Origin: Planctomycetota bacterium
GTDB lineage: Bacteria; Planctomycetota; B15-G4; JADJEK01
DNA length: 11,573 nucleotides
Assembly: GCA_044225365.1 (NCBI GenBank)
Contig: JBGAIQ010000093.1
Span: 1 to 11,573 of the forward strand
Direction of reading: 5' to 3'
A program made the position numbers and the translations under genes. The notes under the pieces are model-generated. The model was given only the letters and a program-made list of their open reading frames with translations. It was not told the DNA's origin and ran no database searches. Positions 1 through 6,994 of the stretch are shown here, one piece after another. Each line of letters starts with the position of its first letter. Within the stretch, counting starts at the first letter, position 1.

Positions 1-1709
1 GGCACCAACTCGATACCTTGGACGAAGAAGCGAGTACCTGAAAGGAATGGAGCGAGCGAAAATGGACCGAGTGGGGAAGTGAACCCTCCTGCGGACGGGC
101 CACCCCAGCCCGTCCCATTCACCAATACGATGTTCAAGTTGGCTGGATTCAAGAACAGGTAATAATCGTAGCCTGTCACCGACGTGTTTCCGAACGAGGT
201 GAAAGGGGCTGGATTCATAGTGGAATAGGGAAACAAGCTCGGCACTTCGGCCGCGATGAACAGCGGAGTATTGGGATTCGCCGTCGTCATGCTGAGCGTG
301 AGTTGCCCCGAAGGCGACACCGACGATTCGAGGAAAGGAGTGATTCGCAGCGCGTTCGCAAGTGACGCGACGACGTTCTGGCCCCGTCGGAGCGTGATCG
401 TGTGATTCCCTGGCGGCAAGGGACTCGGGACCACCGCTCGGATGAGTGTTCCTGGATTGACGTCGGACAGCGCCTGCGGCAAATAGAGACTGCTATCCGT
501 TTCAAGGAAGCACGTGGGAGCGCCGAAACACCGCAAGCGTCCGAGCGTCATGTCGATTCCGGCGGTCACTCCTCCGATCGGAAGGTTCGATCCCGAGATG
601 TCGATTGTGTTGAGTTGATTGGAGTAATCGGAGATCGATGGGGAGACCGAGGTGATCGTCGGCGACGGCACCGCTACTCGCACCTTCGATCGAACTCCGA
701 ATAGGAAGCTATACATGCGTAAGCGCTGCCCATTCGTCAGGCCGATCCCGGAGGGGATCCAAGTGGCATCTGAATAGTAATACGACATCGCATTCGTTTG
801 AAGCGTCTGAATGTCACCGGTGCAAGTCGCCCCTCCAACATTGGAGTAAAACGCCGTCAGGCCCGCGATCGTCTGCGGTACGAGCACGGGCCATGGATCG
901 TAAGGCGTATCGGAGACGAGATCGCCGGTCCCGATACCGGTAAGCGCTCCGCACGTGCCCGGAGCGGAGGAGGGCCCTCCCAACGGCGTGCCCCCAATAA
1001 CGCTCGGAATGAACTGGTCGTTGTGTGTATGAATAAGGCCGAAGTAATGGCCGATTTCATGTGCGAGAGTGATGCCGTAGAAGTTCAGCCGGGACTGGAG
1101 CGTCACGCCCTGCGTCGTATTCGAGATGAAGACGATGTCATCCTCGTCTGGCGCCCCCGAGAAGGTCGTGGAAGAAATCGGAAACGAACAAATCCCGCCG
1201 AGGGTGTTTCCGTTGATCGAATCGCACAAGTAGACATTGATCGCATTGGTCTCGAATTTGTAACGCGGCGGGTCGGCTTCGCAGGCCGCTTCCATCGCAT
1301 CTTTCCACGCGTTGCTATTCGGCGGTCCAAGCGTAACCGTGAAGTACGAGAATGGAAAATCCGGGTCCACCAGGTCCTGCGCGCCGGAGGTCGACGTTGG
1401 AGTCAGTTGCAGCGCAATGCTCGCGGCCAGCGGACTAATCGTCGTCGACGCAGTCAGGATCGAATTCGCGACGCCGACGATCGTGTTCAGTTTTTGCGCG
1501 AGGCTCGGGTTCCCCGTCGTCGGTACCGCAGGGTCGACCCAATCCGCCGCAGGTCCAGGAGTTGCCGAAGTTCCGAACGGCGTACCTAGAACTCGGATGA
1601 AGTGGACGCGAACCTGTGTCGGCACAGGAGCCTGCGACATCGCCAGGGAACCGATCGCGATCCAGGACGTGGCGATTCGAAGGAGCACACGGAGCGAACT
1701 CGAGGACAT
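1..1709 (-). CDS. Secreted M43-family (pappalysin/ulilysin-like) metzincin zinc metalloprotease with IPT/TIG-like and C-terminal domains; 3' end lies outside the window
   Basis: Translated by hand: stop-free frame from ATG at 1709 (GAGGG RBS-like element upstream) to the window edge, about 569 codons. N-terminus MSSSSLRVLLRIATSWIAIGSLAMSQ is signal-peptide-like. Zinc motif HEIGHYFGLIH at 1029-1061 is followed by GDLVSDTP, Met-turn NAMSYY and TNGQRLRM, all typical of M43. PTITSVSPS...IDISGSNL...PGNHTITL then resembles IPT/TIG. Confidence 0.9.
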   Translation of the reverse strand, partial: MSSSSLRVLLRIATSWIAIGSLAMSQAPVPTQVRVHFIRVLGTPFGTSATPGPAADWVDPAVPTTGNPSLAQKLNTIVGVANSILTASTTISPLAASIALQLTPTSTSGAQDLVDPDFPFSYFTVTLGPPNSNAWKDAMEAACEADPPRYKFETNAINVYLCDSINGNTLGGICSFPISSTTFSGAPDEDDIVFISNTTQGVTLQSRLNFYGITLAHEIGHYFGLIHTHNDQFIPSVIGGTPLGGPSSAPGTCGALTGIGTGDLVSDTPYDPWPVLVPQTIAGLTAFYSNVGGATCTGDIQTLQTNAMSYYYSDATWIPSGIGLTNGQRLRMYSFLFGVRSKVRVAVPSPTITSVSPSISDYSNQLNTIDISGSNLPIGGVTAGIDMTLGRLRCFGAPTCFLETDSSLYLPQALSDVNPGTLIRAVVPSPLPPGNHTITLRRGQNVVASLANALRITPFLESSVSPSGQLTLSMTTANPNTPLFIAAEVPSLFPYSTMNPAPFTSFGNTSVTGYDYYLFLNPANLNIVLVNGTGWGGPSAGGFTSPLGPFSLAPFLSGTRFFVQGIELV

Positions 1710-1866
1710 GAAACCCTCACGGACGGCAGTTGGGATTCGGCTTTTGACGACACGGTGTCGGAAGAGACACCCACTCGAGAGCGAAACATACCCCGCGGCA
1801 TAACGCGTTTTCGGAGAGTTTTCTCTCGATTCAGAACGATCGGAACCGGCCGACGAGAGCGGTCCC

Positions 1867-3144
1867 TCACATCACCTTCAGCGCCTGCGCGAGATCCGCG
1901 ATCTGATCCTCGGGATGCTCGATCCCGACGCTGAGGCGGATCATCGCGGGGGTGATTCCCATCGCGCGCTGGTCCTCGGGGGCGATGTCGGAGTGCGTCA
2001 TCGACGCCGGGTGCTCGGCGAGCGATTCGGTGCCGCCGAGGCTCACCGCGAGCTTGATCAGCTTCAGCGCGTTCAGCAGCTTGAAGGCCTGCTTCTCGCC
2101 GCCGACGACATCGAACGAGATCATCGAGCCGGCCGAGACGCACTGCTTGCGGTACATCTCCCACTGCGCGTCGCCTTCCTTCAGGTGCCCGAGGTAGTAC
2201 ACCCGGGCGACCTTCGGATGATCGGCGAGGAAATCGGCGACGTAGCGCGCGTTCTTCATCGCGCTCGTCATGCGCAGCTTCAGCGTCTCGAGGCTGCGCA
2301 TGAGGAGCCACGCGGTCCACGGCCCGCACATGGTTCCGAGGATCGTGCGATGGGTGCGGATCGGCTCGAGCATCTCCATCGAGCCCAGCACCGCGCCCGC
2401 GATCACGTCGCTGTGCCCGCCGATGAACTTCGTCGCCGAGTAGACGACGACATCGGCGCCGTGCTTCAGCGGCTGCTGCCACAAGGGGCCGAGGAAGGTG
2501 TTGTCGACCACCACCCGCACGGTGCGGTCCTTGCGCGAATGCTTCTTCGCGAGCTTGCTCGCGGCCGCGATGTCGACGAGATCGTTCGTCGGGTTCGCGG
2601 GCGTCTCGACGTAGATCATGGCGAGTTTCTTCGCGTCGTCGCCGAGCGAAGCGATCGCGCGCTCCATGCCCGCATTGCCTTCCCGCGCGAGGTAGCCGAC
2701 CGCGCGGATCCCCCATTGCGGGAGGATCCGGTAGAGCAGGAAATCGGTTCCACCGTAGAGCGGCACGCTGTGTACGACGACGTCGCCCGGCTTCAGCATC
2801 GCGAAGAGGCTGGTCGCGATCGCCGCCATCCCGCTCTCGAACGACGCGCACGCTTCGGCGCCGTCCCACAACGTCAGTCGATCCTCGAGGATCTCGATGT
2901 CGGGGTTGTTGAGCCGGCTGTAGATGAGGCCGAGCTTCTCCTTCGGCCTCTTGGTGCGCAGGCCGTAGGCGATCTCGAAGAAGCGCTTCCCGTCCTCTGC
3001 CTTCTCGAAGACGAAGGTCGAGGTCATGAAGATCGGCGACTTGATCGCCCCCTCGGAGAGCTTCGGATCGTAGCCGTAGCTCATCATCAAGGATTCGGGA
3101 CGCAGGTCCTGCTTGCCGATCTTCTTCTTGTGGTCGCGGGTCAT
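1867..3144 (-). CDS. PLP-dependent Cys/Met metabolism enzyme (methionine gamma-lyase / cystathionine gamma-synthase family)
   Basis: Motifs YSRLNNP, FESGMAAI, YGGT, ETPANP, VDNTF, SATKFIGGHSD (PLP lysine), AVSLGGTESL and IRLSVGIE. ATG at 3144 has GGAG 9 nt upstream; the ORF track start at 3159 is the alternative. Confidence 0.93.
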   Translation of the reverse strand: MTRDHKKKIGKQDLRPESLMMSYGYDPKLSEGAIKSPIFMTSTFVFEKAEDGKRFFEIAYGLRTKRPKEKLGLIYSRLNNPDIEILEDRLTLWDGAEACASFESGMAAIATSLFAMLKPGDVVVHSVPLYGGTDFLLYRILPQWGIRAVGYLAREGNAGMERAIASLGDDAKKLAMIYVETPANPTNDLVDIAAASKLAKKHSRKDRTVRVVVDNTFLGPLWQQPLKHGADVVVYSATKFIGGHSDVIAGAVLGSMEMLEPIRTHRTILGTMCGPWTAWLLMRSLETLKLRMTSAMKNARYVADFLADHPKVARVYYLGHLKEGDAQWEMYRKQCVSAGSMISFDVVGGEKQAFKLLNALKLIKLAVSLGGTESLAEHPASMTHSDIAPEDQRAMGITPAMIRLSVGIEHPEDQIADLAQALKVM

Positions 3145-3448
3145 GGGGAGCGGCTCCATGGACGTGGTGCGGTCGCTCGGACCCTACCAGAAACGTAACG
3201 AAGGGTTCGAAGTCGTGACGCCGCCGACGCAGCGATTTCGGTGGCGGCGTCGCAGCCGATCCGCACTCGTCATGCGAGTGGAACGGCCGGGCCGCCAAGC
3301 GCGAGCGGCTTACCGCGCCAGCGAGCGGTTCGCCCGTTGCGATGCCCGTGGAGCGGCACGGAGAGTGCTTACCGCTGCCGTCCTTCTCGTCCCGTCGAGT
3401 CTCTCCAGGTTCGGCGACGCGTCGTCAGACTTCAGCGGAACTCCTCGA

Positions 3449-4756
3449 ATGCTCGCATCCCTCATCGCGCTCCTCGCCCTCGGGAGCGATTCCATCGCGC
3501 TCACGCACGTCGATCTCGCATCCAAGACCGATGCGATGTTCCTCACCGTCCACGCCGAGCAGAGCGTACCCCTCGATGCACTCTCGCCGGTGAAGTCGTC
3601 CTTCAATCAGTTCTTCCAGGCAGCGGGGAAGCAGCCCGTCGAGTTCGTGTGCGCCGCCGACGTCGACGGCGATGGAATGGACGAGATCGCCGTCGTGCGC
3701 GCGAACGCGACTACCGGTAAGGCGACGCTACGGATCATGAACCCACCTTCGAAGGCGGGGATGAAGAAGCCGAAGATCCTGGCGTCGTTCATCGCCGGAC
3801 TTCCCGCCGCGAGCGGGGACGGTGCGCTGGTGGCGATGGGTCGCATCGACATCGACAACGACGCCAGGGATGAACTCGCCCTCGTCCGGAGCTTCCTCGA
3901 CGGTCATCACGAGATCCTGATCGTCGCGCCCCCGACCAAGAAGAACCTCGCTCTCGGTCCCGAGAAGGCGCATGTCACCGTGGCGGCGGATGGCTTCGCC
4001 ATTCGCAACGCGTTCGGGATCTCGCTCACGCCGGGGATCCTCGCTCTCGAGTCGGTCGATTCGACCGGATCCGTTCGGCTCACGACCCACACCATCCCGT
4101 CCTTCGGATCGTTCGTCCTGCCCTCCCCGGTGAGCACGGTCTCGCTGGACCTCGCGAATACCGTCGTCGAGGCCGTCGCGCCGCAAGGTGAATCCGGGCA
4201 GACGCCGGGTGGATTCGTCGTTCTGCGCCGGATGGGGCCCGCCGTTCAACGGATCGAGCTCGCCGGCGACGCGGGTCAAGTCGTGACCTCCGAGACGATG
4301 GTGACCGGCGCCGTACCGATACGACATTGCCTCGCGATCGGGAACGATGAGCCGCCCCCACCTCCCGTGATCGTGGCATCGTTCACGATCGGAACGGCCT
4401 GGGGCGGCGGCGACGTGATTCACGTCTCGGTGATGGGCGCCGGGTCGGTCGTCGCGACGGCCAATGCGAACGGTTGGACGATCCCGCTGCCGAATGCGCC
4501 CGCGACGTTCCTGCAACTCGGAACGAACGGCGCGTTGTCGCCAAGCGTGTTCTCGATCAGCTTCACGGATGGCGGGATCTCGTACCGCGCGGACATGAAC
4601 ATCCCGGGCGGTCTGCTGTTTCCTTGGCAGACGCCGCAAAGAACGACCTTCGGACTCGAGTTCCTGAACGGTTCGAATTCCGTGGGTATCCTCAACAACC
4701 TCACCGAAGGCGTTTCCTGGCCTCTCCAGATCTTCTCGATCCAACTCATTCAGTGA
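3449..4756 (+). CDS. Putative secreted protein with two FG-GAP/VCBS-like Ca-binding motifs, a poly-Pro linker and a beta-rich C-terminal domain
   Basis: The track ORF 3113..4756 overlaps the lyase start, so ATG 3449 (MLASLIALLALG, hydrophobic leader) is more plausible. DVDGDGMDEIAV (3659) and DIDNDARDELAL (3848) are 63 aa apart. EPPPPPV linker precedes the C-terminal domain. Confidence 0.75.
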   Translation: MLASLIALLALGSDSIALTHVDLASKTDAMFLTVHAEQSVPLDALSPVKSSFNQFFQAAGKQPVEFVCAADVDGDGMDEIAVVRANATTGKATLRIMNPPSKAGMKKPKILASFIAGLPAASGDGALVAMGRIDIDNDARDELALVRSFLDGHHEILIVAPPTKKNLALGPEKAHVTVAADGFAIRNAFGISLTPGILALESVDSTGSVRLTTHTIPSFGSFVLPSPVSTVSLDLANTVVEAVAPQGESGQTPGGFVVLRRMGPAVQRIELAGDAGQVVTSETMVTGAVPIRHCLAIGNDEPPPPPVIVASFTIGTAWGGGDVIHVSVMGAGSVVATANANGWTIPLPNAPATFLQLGTNGALSPSVFSISFTDGGISYRADMNIPGGLLFPWQTPQRTTFGLEFLNGSNSVGILNNLTEGVSWPLQIFSIQLIQ

Positions 4757-4787
4757 CGTCGCACGCGACGCAGCTCACTTACTTCAA

Positions 4788-5026
4788 CTTCCCATTCCAT
4801 GCCGGGAGGTCCCGCTCCTCCGACCGCCACGCTCCATTGTGGCATCTTCCTTCCCATTCCATGCCGGGCGGAGCCCGGCGCTCCCGCATATCCGGACCGC
4901 CACGCTCCATTGTGGCATCTTCCTTCCCATTCCATGCCGGGCGAAGCCCGGCGCTCCCGCATATCCGGACCGCCACGCTCCATCGTGGCATCTTCCTTCC
5001 CCTTCCATGCCGGGCGGAGCCCGGCG
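4788..5026. repeat. 73-bp tandem repeat, about 3.4 copies, with internal palindromes (REP/BIME-like)
   Basis: CTTCCCATTCCATGCCGGG (or a 1-nt variant) starts at 4788, 4850, 4923 and 4996, giving spacings of 62, 73 and 73. Units 2 and 3 differ at 2 positions, unit 1 has a shorter divergent middle, unit 4 is partial. Hairpins GCCGGGC-GRA-GCCCGGC at 4863-4879, 4936-4952 and 5009-5025; GCCAC-N8-GTGGC at 4826-4843, 4899-4916 and 4972-4989. Confidence 0.95.
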
Positions 5027-5045
5027 GTCCGATTTGGCGGTCCGC

Positions 5046-5615
5046 TCAGCGGGGCGCGTACTTCGCGAGCTTGCGCTGCAGCGACCTTCGATGGATCCCG
5101 AGACGGCGCGCGGCCTCGGAGATATTCCCGCCGCAGTCGGCGAGCACGCGCTGGATGTGCTCCCATTCGGCGCGCGCGAGGGTCGGCACTTCGTATTCGA
5201 CCGTGTCGCTCGGATTCACCGGCTGATCGCCGCGCTGGAAGGCGAGCAGGATGTCGTCGGCGTCGGCGGGCTTCGGCAGATAGTTCGTGGCGCCGAGCTT
5301 CACTGCGTCGACGGCCGTCGCGATGCTGCCGTACCCCGTGAGCATCACGATCTTCGTGGCCGGGTCGATCTCCTTGAGATCGCGCACGAGTTCGAGCCCG
5401 GAACCTCCGGGCATCCGAAGGTCGACCACCGCGAGCTCCGGCGAATCCTGCTTCGCGCTGACCCGCGCTTCGTCGCAGGTCCCCGCGGTCCGCACGTCGT
5501 AGCCGCGATTGCGGAAGGACCGCGCGAGACGCTCACGGAAGACCGCGTCGTCGTCCACGAGAAGGAGGCTCTCGCGAACCGAATCGGGGGTCGGATCCTC
5601 GGGCTTGACGTTCAT
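5046..5615 (-). CDS. regA: RegA/PrrA/ActR-family two-component response regulator (REC + Fis-type HTH)
   Basis: C-terminal 189 aa of the 5046..6653 track ORF. ATG 5615 has a GAGGA RBS. Motifs LLLVDDD, VVDLRMP (phospho-Asp), LTGYGSIATAVDAVKLGATNYLPKP and the family signature EWEHIQRVL...GNISEAARRLGIHRRSLQRKLAK. Confidence 0.93.
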   Translation of the reverse strand: MNVKPEDPTPDSVRESLLLVDDDAVFRERLARSFRNRGYDVRTAGTCDEARVSAKQDSPELAVVDLRMPGGSGLELVRDLKEIDPATKIVMLTGYGSIATAVDAVKLGATNYLPKPADADDILLAFQRGDQPVNPSDTVEYEVPTLARAEWEHIQRVLADCGGNISEAARRLGIHRRSLQRKLAKYAPR

Positions 5616-5647
5616 GGCGAGATGTCCTCGATGGGGAAGAACCGCCC

Positions 5648-6985
5648 TCAGCCATTCTGCAGTCTCGCAAGCGGGATGTCGATCCTCACCGTCGTTCCCT
5701 GTCCGGGATCGGAATCGAAGTTCATCTTGCCATCGAGACGCTCGATCACGGTCTGCGCGAGGAAGAGGCCGAGCCCCATTCCCTGTCCCGGTTCCTTCGT
5801 CGTGAAGAAAGGATCCGTCGCGCGAGCGATCGTCTCCGGCGCCATGCCGGTTCCGCGGTCGTACACCTCGAAGCGGATCGACCCGCCCTCGAGCGTCACG
5901 TCCACGTCGACGAAGCGGTCCGCCGCCGACGCGTCGAGCGCGTTCTTCACGACTTGGCGGATCGCGAGGGCGAGCGCGCGCCGCGGCGCGAGCAGCGTGC
6001 GATTGCGACAGGTGTCGGCGATCGTGACGCGCACCTGCGGCGCTCGCTTCAGATTCAGCAGCGTCGCGGTGACGAGATCGTCGACGCTCGTCGGCAACAG
6101 CTCGGAGCCCGTCATCTGTCCGGCGTCGATCGCCATCTGATCGAGGATCTCGCGACATCGATCGACCTCGCGCCGAATGAGCCTCGCGTCCTCCGCGACC
6201 TCGTTCGATTGCTTCGCGAGCGTGTTCTCGATGTCCTTCGAGACGACGGCGATCGTCGACAACGGCGACGCGAGCTCGTGCGCGGCGCCCGCGGCGAGCG
6301 TGCCGAGCGCCTCCATGCGCTCCGCGCGCGACTTGCGCCGCTCGGCGTCGGCGAGCTTGCGTTCGAGCGCGCCGAACTCGCTCGTCACGCGCGTGAGGAA
6401 GAAGGCGATGACGATGCTCGCCACCACGTAAGCCGCCGCGACGCCGCGACCCTGCAATGTGCCCGACCAGGTGCCGGCGCCGATGTCGGAGAGCAGCGGC
6501 AGCGGCCGATTCGAGTTGTAGACGAACCCGTATCCGAGCATCGCGAATGCCGAGACGAGCGCCGTCCATCGCGGCCCGAGAACGACGCCCGCGAGCACGA
6601 TGTTGACGAGGTAGAACTCGCTGAATGGATTGCGCGTTCCGCCCGTGAGCCACAGCAGGAGCGTGAGGAGCGCGACGTCGAGCAGCAGCACCGATCCGAG
6701 CGTTTGCGAGATCGTACGCGCGGAATCCTCTTCGCTGCCCGTCTCACGGTGCCGAGCGATCTCGCCGCGAAACCAGCCCGTGAGCACCACGTTCGAGATC
6801 GCCTCGAACAGCAGGATCACGAACAGCGCGTAGAGTGGCAGATCGATGCGCAGCCAGAACTGAACGAAGAGGATCGTCGCGAGCTGCCCCGCGAACGCGG
6901 CCCATCGCAGCTTGAGGAGCCATCCGAAATTGATGCGGACGCGCTCGAGCGGACGAACGTCGACGGCGAAGACGCGTCGCGGCAT
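5648..6985 (-). CDS. regB: RegB/PrrB/ActS-family membrane sensor histidine kinase
   Basis: Multi-TM N-terminus with LRW motif. GGTRNPF (6623-6643) matches the RegB GGxxNPF quinone-binding motif. H-box AAGAAHELASPL (His at 6278-6280), DRCREIL with the RegB-type Cys (6155-6157), and HATPase boxes KNALDA, DRGTGM, PFFTTK, GMGLGL. ATG 6985 has a GAGGA RBS; adjacent to regA. Confidence 0.9.
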   Translation of the reverse strand: MPRRVFAVDVRPLERVRINFGWLLKLRWAAFAGQLATILFVQFWLRIDLPLYALFVILLFEAISNVVLTGWFRGEIARHRETGSEEDSARTISQTLGSVLLLDVALLTLLLWLTGGTRNPFSEFYLVNIVLAGVVLGPRWTALVSAFAMLGYGFVYNSNRPLPLLSDIGAGTWSGTLQGRGVAAAYVVASIVIAFFLTRVTSEFGALERKLADAERRKSRAERMEALGTLAAGAAHELASPLSTIAVVSKDIENTLAKQSNEVAEDARLIRREVDRCREILDQMAIDAGQMTGSELLPTSVDDLVTATLLNLKRAPQVRVTIADTCRNRTLLAPRRALALAIRQVVKNALDASAADRFVDVDVTLEGGSIRFEVYDRGTGMAPETIARATDPFFTTKEPGQGMGLGLFLAQTVIERLDGKMNFDSDPGQGTTVRIDIPLARLQNG

Positions 6986-6994
6986 CGCCAATCC

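Noticed and set aside
287-1934. Short and Arg-rich track ORFs such as 798..1589 +, 402..704 + and 1312..1803 +
   Set aside because: They are antisense or off-frame shadows of the M43 protease frame.
1586-3298. 570-aa minus ORF and 427-aa plus ORF overlapping the lyase
   Set aside because: Arg/Gly-rich off-frame or antisense shadows typical of high-GC DNA; the lyase frame carries all the family motifs.
3160-3448. Known SAM riboswitch upstream of the lyase
   Set aside because: I could not find the SAM-I core (AUC-N-AGAG with the matching GCAAC/GAU arrangement) or another SAM-class consensus by eye. An Rfam scan is needed to exclude it fully.
4788-5026. CRISPR array
   Set aside because: The segments between conserved blocks are near-identical in units 2-4 rather than unique spacers, and there are no cas genes in the window.
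4750-5341. Multiple overlapping ORFs across the repeat (4750..5166, 4779..4991, 4784..5008, 4799..5341)
   Set aside because: The 73-bp unit has no stop codons and is not a multiple of 3, so the same peptides cycle through the frames. This is an artefact of the repeat.
5616-6653. Long N-terminal extension of RegA (535-aa ORF), or a RegB-RegA frameshift fusion
   Set aside because: The extension is a low-complexity alternate frame of regB. regA has its own RBS and ATG at 5615, and regB ends normally after its HATPase domain.
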